DNA of 50,931 nt. Source: Alphaproteobacteria bacterium (GTDB lineage: Bacteria; Pseudomonadota; Alphaproteobacteria; UBA6615). The notes below the pieces were generated by a model. The model did no database searches. It was not told where the DNA came from and saw only the letters and a list, made by a program, of their open reading frames with translations. Each line of letters opens with the position of its first letter. Position 1 is the stretch's first letter. The position numbers and the translations under genes are program-made. The stretch spans positions 1 to 50,931 of the forward strand of contig QIGO01000189.1 of the NCBI GenBank assembly GCA_003230015.1, in the 5' to 3' direction. Below are positions 38,769 to 47,891 of the stretch, in pieces.

Positions 38769-40019
38769 TTGGGCTTGAAGTATACTGACCAAGAGAAAGC
38801 AATCTTGCAGGGTGAGGGCGGCGAGCCGAGGAGGTGGGCGCTCGAGCAGCAAATTGCCGTGGGCGAGTTCTTTGACGCTGAGGATTTCGTCGAAGTTACG
38901 CAGGTGCACTTATGCGCTGATACGGAGGCGCTTGGCGCCAGCGGCGTTCAGTTTGTCGAGAATATTGCCGGTACCAAAATTGGGGGCCGCGTTTGTGTGC
39001 CGTCGATCACCGACCCTCGCGGCGCCGATTTTGCCCAAATAAATGCCATAAACCACGATCCGGATATAGTTGCCTTGGAGCGGCGGCTCTCGGCAGCGTT
39101 GTCATCAATCGGCTTTCTTATGACAAACACTTGCATTAACTACCAGTACGTCCTGCCGCCGGCTCGCGGAGAGCATCTCGCATTTGGCGATACCGGGTCT
39201 GTCATATATGCAAACGGTGTCGCCGGGGCGTATTCGAACTATGAGGGCGGGCCGGCAGCATTGGCAGCGGCGCTGACGGGCCGCGTGCCGCGCTACGGTT
39301 TTCATCTTTCCAGTAAGCGAACGGGCACCCAACTATACCGGCTGACAGGGGACCTCGGCACCTATAGTGACTGGGGGGCGGTTGGCGGGTTAATTGGCAG
39401 GGATATGGAATCCTACTGGGATGTGCCCGTTATCATCTCCAAACGACGGCCGCGATCCGACGAGTTGAAGCATCTCGGCGCGGCACTTGCCAGTTATGGC
39501 TCCACGGGCATGTTTCATTTTGTCGGAGTAACCCCGGAAGCGCCGACGATCGAGGCTGCCTTCGCCGGATTGCCGGTACCGGCCGGCCGCACGATTGGAT
39601 CGGCCGACATTCGATCGTTTTACGAGGCCTTTCATACGTCGAAGCAAGAATTGGATGTCGTCGTCTTCGCGGCCCCCCAGCTGTCGCTGTTCGAGTTGGG
39701 TGAACTGGCAGCAATGCTGGACGGCAGGCAGTTGCATGACGGTACGGCGCTGCTGGTTGCGGTACCCAAAGCGGTCAAAGTGATCGCCGACGAAAATGGC
39801 TTGACCCAGGCCGTCGAGGGGGCCGGCGGGATCGTCCTGGAGGGTGTTTGCTTTTATCAGATGCATGCCCGCGAGCTCGCCCGCGCCAACGGCTGGCGCA
39901 CACTCATGACCAACTCCGCAAAACTCGTGAACATCATTTCCGGGTATGGCTATGAGCCTGTTCTCGGATCGATGCGGCAATGTGTCGCCTCCGCCCTCGC
40001 CGGCCGGTTTTTGCGATGA
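38769..40019 (+). CDS. Aconitase X large (catalytic) subunit, DUF521
   Basis: NTCINY, GEHLAFGD, ANGVAGA.SN.EG, TGRVP.YG.H, LKHLGAALAS.G..GMFH.VGVTPEA, PQLS..E, MTNSAK. Confidence 0.88.
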   Translation: MGLKYTDQEKAILQGEGGEPRRWALEQQIAVGEFFDAEDFVEVTQVHLCADTEALGASGVQFVENIAGTKIGGRVCVPSITDPRGADFAQINAINHDPDIVALERRLSAALSSIGFLMTNTCINYQYVLPPARGEHLAFGDTGSVIYANGVAGAYSNYEGGPAALAAALTGRVPRYGFHLSSKRTGTQLYRLTGDLGTYSDWGAVGGLIGRDMESYWDVPVIISKRRPRSDELKHLGAALASYGSTGMFHFVGVTPEAPTIEAAFAGLPVPAGRTIGSADIRSFYEAFHTSKQELDVVVFAAPQLSLFELGELAAMLDGRQLHDGTALLVAVPKAVKVIADENGLTQAVEGAGGIVLEGVCFYQMHARELARANGWRTLMTNSAKLVNIISGYGYEPVLGSMRQCVASALAGRFLR

Positions 40020-40489
40020 ATGAATCCAAATTTCGGGCGATGGCGGCCATGGGGCCAACCGTTGCGGGCGTGGCATTAGTCGCCTCTGATGATTTCAGCG
40101 CCCGCTACGATCTTGATCTCGCGCGTGGCGTCTTCTCACGTCCGGGTCATTCGCTCTTTGGGCGGAGTTACGTGGATCGCATCCTTGTGCTGAACGCCGC
40201 GAAAGGCGGCGTCGCGACGTCTTGGATGCTCCGAGACATGGTGATGCGGGGGCGCGCGCCGCTGGCGCTCTTGTTGAACTTCGCCAATCCGATCATGGCC
40301 CAGGCCGCGGCTTTTGCCGAGGTTTCGTTCATGAGCGGTTTTCCGGTGGACATCACGTCCGCCATCGCTTCAGGCGACCATATTGAACTTTCACCGGCGA
40401 CACGGGAGTTGACGATCGTCTCGCGAGGAGCAGACGAGGGGCCGGATTTCTCGTCAATGGAAGCCGCGCTGATTGAATCACGTAACTAG
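40016..40489 (+). CDS. Aconitase X small (swivel) subunit, DUF126
   Basis: G.ALV..D.FS, G...R.GH.L.G.S...RILV...KGG, APLALL. ATGA overlap with the large subunit. Confidence 0.85.
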   Translation: MNESKFRAMAAMGPTVAGVALVASDDFSARYDLDLARGVFSRPGHSLFGRSYVDRILVLNAAKGGVATSWMLRDMVMRGRAPLALLLNFANPIMAQAAAFAEVSFMSGFPVDITSAIASGDHIELSPATRELTIVSRGADEGPDFSSMEAALIESRN

Positions 40490-40516
40490 GGACGGTTGGC
40501 GCCAAATCGCTGACGA

Positions 40517-41314
40517 CTAGTCGCGGCCAAGTTGATCGGACTCAGCGAACCGGTAGGCAGACTCAACCAACTTTAGCGTTTCAAGGTTGTCAGGCAGAGA
40601 AGTTTCGAATTCGTGTCCGCTCCTAAGGCAGTTGACGAAATGCGAGATCGCGCCGAAATAGCCCTCTTGAATGGCCGCACCCGGATCATACCGATGCTGT
40701 TTGGGGAGAGCGCCCAACAATTGCACCGTATCGCCATCGCAGATAATTGCGCCGTGGTCACCAAGCAACTCGAAACGATCCGACACAACGGGTGGAAAAC
40801 CTTGTACTGCCATATTTATTTCAAGCACGACCGGAACGCCCTCTGCTGCCTCAAACACTAGCGTTGCGGCTGTTTCGCCGGGAAGATCCGGCTGTGTCCT
40901 GGCAAGCCAACCCTGTATTCTTCGATAGTGGGGCCGAAACCGCCAATTCTCATGCACCATCAGACGGAACCCAGGCCCGATATTGGCAGCGAGCGCGAGT
41001 GCTTCGGCGAGACTAGGGGCGAGCGGCTTTTGGCAGAGTGTCGGCGTTCTCGCTGCGTACGCCTTTCTAACGAGGTCTGTATGGGTTTCCCGTGGCGTCG
41101 CTATGTCGAGCGCGTCAGGGGCCTCATGGAGCAACATCTCTTCAATCGTTGCGTAGGCGGCGGGCACATCGAACTTCGCAGCCTGCTGCCACGCCCGCTC
41201 GATGTTCGGGTCGCATATTGCGACGACTGATGCGTTTGCGACCCGGCGCCACGCCGCGAGATGAAACCCGCTGACGAACCCTGCACCAGCTAGACCCACA
41301 CGTAGTTGGTTCAT
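40517..41314 (-). pseudogene. Gfo/Idh/MocA oxidoreductase, probably internally deleted in frame
   Basis: GAGFVS, DIATP..H, CQKPLA, HENWRFRP. Only about 265 aa, jumping from 'IQGWLA' to 'RTQPDLPGET' without the central IH..D segment. Confidence 0.65.
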
Positions 41315-41348
41315 CGTTCGGCCTCTGCCGCGGCGCGCATTCCTAGGC

Positions 41349-41687
41349 CTAGCCAGCGAACTCTGCCGCGGGCTGCGGCAGTTCAACTAGGTTGTCGATC
41401 GGTTGCTGTCGATAAAATCGATCAATGTTGCGGAAGATCGTTCGCATCTTCAGTTGGAACGCGTCCCGAGCGCCGGCGGCAAAATGCGGTGTGACGACGA
41501 CGTTGGGCAAGTCAAGAATGGCATTGTTCGCGTGCGGTGGTTCAACCTCGAATACGTCCAAACCGGCACCGCCCAAATGCCCACTCTCGAGGGCTGTATG
41601 GAGGGCTTTTTCATCGATGAGGAGGCCGCGGGCAGTATTGATGAGGATTGCTCCTCGCTTCATCATTTGGACGGTCCTTGCGTTGAT
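41349..41687 (-). pseudogene. 2-hydroxyacid dehydrogenase, C-terminal fragment
   Basis: MKRGAILINTARG, GAGLDVFEVEP, TPHFAA. The N-terminal two-thirds, including the GxGxxG motif, is missing. Confidence 0.85.
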
Positions 41688-41922
41688 CTGGAAATTCAGC
41701 CCCAAAGCCGCCAGCCACGCCGCTCGCTTTCGATTTCACCCGGGGCAAGAGAACGAGGAGCTAAAGGATGGTTCGCTCGTGGTGCGTTTCAAGGCCTGCG
41801 GGCATCTCGAAATGTGCTGGCATCTCTACACCTGGGGTGACCAAGTTGAGATCCTTGGTCCAAGGGTTCTCGCTGACATGGTGGCCGGTTTTCGACGGGG
41901 TGATTTTCCGGCTTTGCCGTGA
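41686..41922 (+). pseudogene. C-terminal (WCX-like) fragment of a WYL-domain protein
   Basis: IWKFSPKAA.HA..F.FHP.Q......DGSLVVRF.A.G.LEM.WHL..WGDQVEIL.P..L pattern typical of WYL/YafY-type C-termini. Confidence 0.75.
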
Positions 41923-42000
41923 TCCGTCGGCCAGGACGGTTTGGACGTCCCTATGTGGCGCGTCGAGTGCGCCAGAAATGAGATGTTGCTCGTCCAGGCT

Positions 42001-42085
42001 AGGCGGACGTCCTTGACGAAAATTCTGACGGTCACGTTAGACTTGGCCAACACGGTGCCCCACTTTCACGGAGCTGATGGTGGGT
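42001..42085 (+). pseudogene. Degenerate IS110-family transposase 5' remnant
   Basis: LTKILTVTLDLANTVPHFHGADG resembles the IS110 start 'ITTIGLDLAK.VFQVHGAD'. Confidence 0.55.
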
Positions 42086-42153
42086 CTGAGCGGTATTGTG
42101 CAGCAACTGAAATGAGGCCAGTTTCTGATGTTATTTACCTCGGCTCTAAATCA

Positions 42154-42699
42154 ATGATCTTGTGGACAATTCAGACAGAGGCGGCAGTCATGCATTTGGA
42201 GTGCACGGGTGTTCTGCGCGGCGACGGGCGGCGTATATGGCGGGAACATCGCCGCGCTTACCAGTGGATGATCGGACAAATGAAAGAACGGCTAAAGCCG
42301 CCTCTGACCGGAAGCCATTACCCAGTATGGGCATGGAAGATTTTCAGCGCGCATGCCCCAAGGCCGGATTTGCGCTTCAGCGCTCACCTGCCGGCTGGGA
42401 CCAGAGGAGCGCGGATTGAGTTCGAAGTGTCCGAGCAGCGAGTTCTCCTATCCGACTTCGAACGCTGGCATTTTGTGCTTTCCGCCCAGTTTTTGGCCGA
42501 CGACGAACCGGAGGATCAGGCGGTGGACCATTTGCCATTGAGCGTGGGTCGAGTTGAAGCGAGTTGGGCTCGTATCTTTGAACTCGAACGTGGTGATCCC
42601 GCCTACCATGGGACGCTGTCAGATCGTCAAGTTCAGGCTACGCTCTGGCACGTCAAGCAGAGTGAGGTCCGTGCCCTAACTTGGTTCACGGCGCGGTAA
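42154..42699 (+). CDS. DUF3841-like protein of unknown function
   Basis: LWTIQ, AY.WM..QM, YPVWAW, RPDLR, VLLSDF..WH.VL, QATLW. Start placed at ATG 42154. Confidence 0.75.
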   Translation: MILWTIQTEAAVMHLECTGVLRGDGRRIWREHRRAYQWMIGQMKERLKPPLTGSHYPVWAWKIFSAHAPRPDLRFSAHLPAGTRGARIEFEVSEQRVLLSDFERWHFVLSAQFLADDEPEDQAVDHLPLSVGRVEASWARIFELERGDPAYHGTLSDRQVQATLWHVKQSEVRALTWFTAR

Positions 42700-42769
42700 T
42701 GCATCCTGGCCGATTAGCGGCATGTGCAACTTGTTTGGAAGGACGGCAAGAAAGACCCAAGGGCGCTGT

Positions 42770-43207
42770 CACGTTTCCGCTTGACCAGGCCATGGCGGTC
42801 GAGGACCGCATGAACCGTGCTCTTGGCGGGAATACGTAGATCGCCGGCAAGGCGGCGTACCAGCAGCTCGCGGATCTTCCTGGCGCCCCAATGGGGCTTC
42901 TCCCGCTTGAGGCGCACGATCATGTGCTCAAGCTGCTCAGGCAGCTGATTGGCATAACGCACCGGGCGCCGGGAGCGGTCGCACAGGGCCTCCAGACCCT
43001 GTTCCTTGTAACGATCGTAGATCTTATAGCCGGTCTTGCGCGATATGCCGAAACACCGGCACACCTCGCTCATGCCCTCGCCATCGAAAAGGCGGGCGAC
43101 AAACCGAAGACGCTCTTCCATCACCGAACTCTCCTTCCACGGCATCAACACCTCCCGCCAAATGGCGAAAAGTGTTACCCATGTGTCCGGTACAAAGCGT
43201 CACCTAT
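42770..43207 (-). mobile_element. IS481-family transposase 5' fragment with partial left end
   Basis: MPWKESSVMEERLRFV..VCR.FGISRKTGYK..DRSRRP..WGARKI..STVHAVLDRHGLV. The integrase core is missing. Upstream repeats TAGGTGAC..TGGGTAACAC. Confidence 0.85.
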
Positions 43208-43401
43208 TTGATATTGCTGTGCTTATTTGACTTTGTGGTACATGGGGACTGTTCACGTAGTTTCCCCAGGTTAGGACGTCAGTGGATCTCGGCTGCGGCT
43301 TGCTGAGACCCGTGTGGTGCCGCAAACCCGTTGCCGATAGGGGCAAAGTCTCTTACGGCGATTTCGGTGGTGCCCAAACGGGGTGCTGTGGATCTCTGTC
43401 T

Positions 43402-44211
43402 GGGGCTGTGTCAGACCAAATCGGCTTGAAGCTGGCGTGGCTCTCGCCTAGCGTCGGCGAATGAAGAAACCGTTCCGGTATTTCAACAGTTCACCCGAGG
43501 TGATCCGCCTCACGGTGCTGATGTACATCCGCTATCCGCTGTCGCTGCGCCAGGTCGAGGATCTGCTGCATGAGCGTGGCATCGATATCTGCCATGAGAC
43601 GGTGCGTTTCTGGTGGAACCGGTTCGGTCCGATGTTTTCCGCCGAGATACGGAAACGGCGGGTTCATCATCAATCGTATTCGAACTGGCGCTGGCACCTG
43701 GACGAGGTAATCGTGTGGATCAACGGTGAGACCCACTACCTCTGGCGTGCAGTTGATCACGAAGGCGAGGTCCTTGAGGTAATGGCCACGAAACGGCGGG
43801 ATCGTAAGGCTGCGCTCAAGTTCCTGAAGCGCACGATGAAGAGATACGGGCGACCGTGTTTGGTCGTGACGGACCGACTTCGGTCGTATCGAGCGGCGAT
43901 GAAGGTGCTCGGCAATGCTACGAGTCAGATTTGCGGTCGTTGGCTCAACAACCGGGTGGAAAACTCACACCAGCCGTTCTGACGACGAGAGGGAGCGATG
44001 GCGAAATTCCGGCAGATCAAGACCCTCCAGAAATTCGCCACTGTTCACGCCTCGATCTGTAACCATTTCAAGCGGGAACGCCACCTCAACCGCCGCGACG
44101 TTTTCAAACGAAACCGCTCCGCTGCCCTGGCCGAATGGCGTCGGCTGGCGGCCTGAAAACCCCATTGACTGACTCATTCGAGGCCGATTCGAATTAGACT
44201 GACACTGCCCC
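43402..44211 (+). mobile_element. IS6-family element with inactivated transposase
   Basis: IRs GGGGCTGTGTCAG (43402) and CTGACACTGCCCC (ending 44211). Confidence 0.88.
43461..44156 (+). pseudogene. IS6 transposase with a premature stop
   Basis: TGA at 43980-43982 within NSHQPF*RRERAM. The same frame continues to AALAEWRRLAA*. Confidence 0.88.
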
Positions 44212-44258
44212 CGCGAGGACCTCATATCCAAAGATGACAAGGCCCCTGCACCCAATCT

Positions 44259-45245
44259 TTATGCAATTTCTTCGACACGGATTTTGCGCCGCCCCAACGT
44301 ATCAAGGATAGAGGTGCGAAGGCCGTCGATCAGCACAGCGAGGAAAATGATCACTGCCGTCACGAGCGGGTAGATGTAGGGCGTGGCGTTGGTCATGACC
44401 AGGCCGCTCTGGACGGTTTGTATGAGGACCGCGCCGAAAACCGTGCCGACAACGCCGCCACGTCCACCGAAAAGGCTGGTGCCGCCAAGCACCGCCGCGG
44501 CAATGACGGGAAACTCGATTTGAAAGCCGAACGTTGATGACGCGGCGGCAACCTGGGCGATGGAAACGAGTCCGCCGACGGCGGCGAGGAAACCGCAAAT
44601 GCAATAGACGGAAAATAGGATACGCGGCACATTGATACCGGCTTTGGCCGCTGCTGTCGGGTCCTGGCCGACCGCGTAGATTTGTCGCCCAAACGGCGTT
44701 TCGCGTAGCACTATCCACGCGATGACGAACACGACCGCAAAAACCCAGATCGCCCAGGGAACACCGAAGTAGCTGGTTCGGCCCAGTGACATCACGCTCT
44801 CTTCGACGAAGACCATGCGTGTATCGGTCAGGAAAATAGCGGCTCCGCGCAGGATAAACAGAGTTGCGAGCGTCACGATAAAGGGATGCTGGCCGCGCAA
44901 CTTTATCACGAAATAGCCGTTCATCGCGCCAAGCGCGACGCCGATCAACCCGACCAGCGGGAATGCGATGACGACGGGAATGCCACCCAGGAATAGCGCT
45001 AGTACGGCGACCGCAACATACATGATCGCGCCGACCGACAGATCGATTCCGGCTGTCAGCAGGACGAAAGTGATGCCAATCGCCATGATGGCGATGTGGG
45101 AGGACTGGGTTAGGATGTTCATGAAATTCTGGATCGTCAAAAAGCGGTCGGACAAAACGCCAAAGACGACGACCACAGCTAGAAAAGCCACCCACGGTGC
45201 GGCGTTCAACAACAGCAATGTGGTCCTATTTTCGCCCACCTGCAT
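44259..45245 (-). CDS. Monosaccharide ABC permease
   Basis: AGIDLSVG, PFIVTLA, GRQIYAVG, AAVLGGTSLFGG. Confidence 0.92.
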   Translation of the reverse strand: MQVGENRTTLLLLNAAPWVAFLAVVVVFGVLSDRFLTIQNFMNILTQSSHIAIMAIGITFVLLTAGIDLSVGAIMYVAVAVLALFLGGIPVVIAFPLVGLIGVALGAMNGYFVIKLRGQHPFIVTLATLFILRGAAIFLTDTRMVFVEESVMSLGRTSYFGVPWAIWVFAVVFVIAWIVLRETPFGRQIYAVGQDPTAAAKAGINVPRILFSVYCICGFLAAVGGLVSIAQVAAASSTFGFQIEFPVIAAAVLGGTSLFGGRGGVVGTVFGAVLIQTVQSGLVMTNATPYIYPLVTAVIIFLAVLIDGLRTSILDTLGRRKIRVEEIA

Positions 45246-45249
45246 CAGA

Positions 45250-46806
45250 TCACCTTTCTTTACGGTCCGCCTGTTCCGGTTCCCTGAGACCCACCGACAT
45301 CGCCGTTTCTAGAATGCGTTCGCCATCAAAGTCGCCACGCTCATGGAATCCCGTGACTTCGCCTCGGTTCATGACCATGATTCGATCGCACATACCGATC
45401 AGTTCTTCCATTTCCGATGAGATGAAAAGTATCGCGGCGCCGTCGAGCACGAGTTGATTGATGATTTTGTAGACTTCCAGTTTGGCGCCGACGTCGATGC
45501 CACGCGTCGGTTCGTCGAGAATGAAGATGCTTGGTTGGCGCAGCAGCCACTTGGCGAAAACTACCTTCTGTTGATTACCGCCGGACAAGTGCTTGACCAA
45601 CATCCTGATGTAGTCGGATGTGTTGACCTTGACCTTGTCGCTTACCTCGGCGACGTCGCGGTCGAGCTTGGGCCAGCTCAGCCGGTGGCTAAGCCCGCGG
45701 GCATAGGAATTTAGTGAGGACAACGCGACGTTGTCGCGGATCGACGCCTCCATCAGCAAACCCTCGGCGCGCCGGTCCTCGGTCAAGAACGCCAACCCGC
45801 GTGCCATGCATATCTCCGGCGACGGGTTTTCGAGTGGTTCTCTTTCAACTGTGATCGTGCCGCTCTTAAAGGGATCCAGGCCGAACAGAATGCGCGCGAG
45901 TTCGGACCGGCCGGCTCCCATCAACCCCGAGACTCCCAGGACCTCACCGCTGCGGAGACTGAGACTCACATCTTTGACGACTCCGGGTTGGGTCAGGCCC
46001 GCGACGTCCAGGACCACCTCGCCCGGATGCGACTCACGCGGCGGAAACAGGTTGCCGATCTTGCGGCCGACCATCATCGAAATGATCTTGTCGATGCTCA
46101 TACTCGCGCGTGGGCCGCCGCCGGCAACGGCGCCGTCGCGCAGCACTTGCACGGAGTCGCAGACACGCAGCACATCGCCCAGAATGTGGCTGATGTAAAT
46201 GACGCCGATGCCCTGGGCCTTGAGGCGGCCAACAATCGTGAACAGTTTTTCGCTCTCGCGACGCGATAGAGAAGTCGTCGGTTCGTCGAAGATGATCACT
46301 TTCGCGTCGAAGCCAAGCGCCTTGGCTATTTCGACGAGTTGGCGCTCACCCTGGCTCAGTTTGCCGACCCGCGTGCCCGGTGGATGGCCGAGGTCGACCA
46401 AATCGAGCAGCCGCTTCGTTTCCTTACCGATTTTCCGCCGATTGATAAGCGGCAACCCGCGCCGTTTCGGAAACCCGCTAATGAAGACGTTTTCTTCGAT
46501 ACTGAGGTTTTCGAAGAGATTGAGTTCTTGATGGATGAACGCCAGCCCGGCGCGCTGCGCGTCCTTCGGTCCCGTCGGCCGGTAGGGTTTTCCCGCCAGG
46601 GTCATCTGCCCGGAGTCCGGCTGGTGTATGCCGCCGAGAATATTCATGGCCGTCGATTTGCCGGACCCGTTTTCACCGACCAGGCCAAGGACTTCACCCT
46701 TGTCCAGGGTGAACCCTACTTCCTTCAGTACCTTGACGCCAAAGAAGCTCTTGCTCAGCTCCCGGGCTTGCAGGAAAGCCTCGCCGCCGGCATGGGGCGG
46801 CGTCAT
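45250..46806 (-). CDS. Two-domain sugar ABC ATPase (RbsA-like)
   Basis: GENGSGKST, DEPTTSL, GLMGAGRSE, LSGGNQQK, DEPTRGIDVGAK. Start placed at ATG 46806 (ATGA overlap). Confidence 0.93.
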   Translation of the reverse strand: MTPPHAGGEAFLQARELSKSFFGVKVLKEVGFTLDKGEVLGLVGENGSGKSTAMNILGGIHQPDSGQMTLAGKPYRPTGPKDAQRAGLAFIHQELNLFENLSIEENVFISGFPKRRGLPLINRRKIGKETKRLLDLVDLGHPPGTRVGKLSQGERQLVEIAKALGFDAKVIIFDEPTTSLSRRESEKLFTIVGRLKAQGIGVIYISHILGDVLRVCDSVQVLRDGAVAGGGPRASMSIDKIISMMVGRKIGNLFPPRESHPGEVVLDVAGLTQPGVVKDVSLSLRSGEVLGVSGLMGAGRSELARILFGLDPFKSGTITVEREPLENPSPEICMARGLAFLTEDRRAEGLLMEASIRDNVALSSLNSYARGLSHRLSWPKLDRDVAEVSDKVKVNTSDYIRMLVKHLSGGNQQKVVFAKWLLRQPSIFILDEPTRGIDVGAKLEVYKIINQLVLDGAAILFISSEMEELIGMCDRIMVMNRGEVTGFHERGDFDGERILETAMSVGLREPEQADRKER

Positions 46807-47858
46807 CCCGAGCCCCGCGCGAGAATGCGCTGGCGCATGGCGTCGAGCCCTACGGCGAGCAGTATCACGCCGCCCTTGACGGCGAAAACGATGAACAGCG
46901 ACGAGCCCAGCAACTTCAGGCTGGCATCGATCGTCACCAAGAAGAGCACGCCGCCGACCGTCCAGATGATCTTGCCTTTGCCGCCGGCCAGGCTTGTACC
47001 GCCGATCACAACTGCGGCGATGATGTCGAGCAGAATGCGCTGACCAAGAACCGGCGTTCCCGTTTCCAGCCGCCCGGTCAACAGCATCGAGGTGATCGCC
47101 GCACAAACGCCCGAAATGACGAACGCCCAAAGGATCGCTTTGTCGACCGGCACGCCTGAAACTTTGGCCGCCTTTGGGTTGATACCGATCGCGTACAGCC
47201 AGCGCCCAAAAACGGTCTGGCTCAACAGGAAATGGGCAACAACGACGACGGCTATCGCCACAAACAAGGCAATAGGTACGCCGGCGAACGTCCCGCCGCC
47301 GATCGCAACGAAGGCGCGCGGCAGGCCGGCGATGCTGCTGGTTGGCGAGTGTGCCTTGGTGAACCAGATCGCCGCGCCGCCCAAAAACATCATGCCGGTC
47401 AGGGTGACGATAATAGGCGGCATGTTAAGCCGGGTGACGCACCAGCCGTTAAACCCGCCGATCAAACCGCCAACCACCAGGAACGCGATGATCCCCACGG
47501 GAATAGCCAGAGCACTCCCCTGGAGGTAGCCACCATCGCTGGTCATGATCGACGCACCAACGACGCTGGCCATGGCGATGACGCCGGTCACGGAAAGATC
47601 AATGCCGGCGACAATCAAGACGAATGTTTGGCCAATTGCCACGACCAGCAGGGGCAGCATGTCGGTCAGTATGTTGCGCAGGGAACTGAAACTGGCGATC
47701 TCGGGCACGATCGGCCAGACGATAAGAAAGTAGACCCCGGTGATGTAAAAGACGAGATATTCCGAAAGGATCAGGCGCTCCAGCAACCGCCGGAACGCCC
47801 GGACCTTTGGGATTTCGACCTTCGTGTCGACAGGGGTTTCAGCCGCATCAATAGGCAT
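46803..47858 (-). CDS. Monosaccharide ABC permease
   Basis: AGIDLSV, PP.IVTL, GRWLYAIG.N..AA..SG, VIGGTSLAGG. Confidence 0.92.
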   Translation of the reverse strand: MPIDAAETPVDTKVEIPKVRAFRRLLERLILSEYLVFYITGVYFLIVWPIVPEIASFSSLRNILTDMLPLLVVAIGQTFVLIVAGIDLSVTGVIAMASVVGASIMTSDGGYLQGSALAIPVGIIAFLVVGGLIGGFNGWCVTRLNMPPIIVTLTGMMFLGGAAIWFTKAHSPTSSIAGLPRAFVAIGGGTFAGVPIALFVAIAVVVVAHFLLSQTVFGRWLYAIGINPKAAKVSGVPVDKAILWAFVISGVCAAITSMLLTGRLETGTPVLGQRILLDIIAAVVIGGTSLAGGKGKIIWTVGGVLFLVTIDASLKLLGSSLFIVFAVKGGVILLAVGLDAMRQRILARGSG

Positions 47859-47891
47859 CGGTCAGCCTAAAGCCGCGGCCGAAGCGACCGC

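Noticed and set aside
41425-41922. 165-aa ORF as a real gene
   Set aside because: Chimera of antisense dehydrogenase sequence and a WYL C-terminal fragment.
41941-42153. N-terminal extension of the DUF3841-like ORF
   Set aside because: Contains an IS110-like scar. Family motifs start at MILWTIQ.
43980-43982. Programmed readthrough or selenocysteine at the in-frame TGA
   Set aside because: The position is Arg in the intact IS6 paralogue, so a CGA-to-TGA nonsense change is simpler.
20744-44211. Composite transposon bounded by two IS6 copies
   Set aside because: The copies differ in sequence and IRs, and no flanking target duplication was found.
46807-47130. N-terminal extension of the sugar ATPase (626-aa ORF)
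   Set aside because: Out-of-frame overlap with the upstream permease. ATGA coupling at 46806 gives the normal size.
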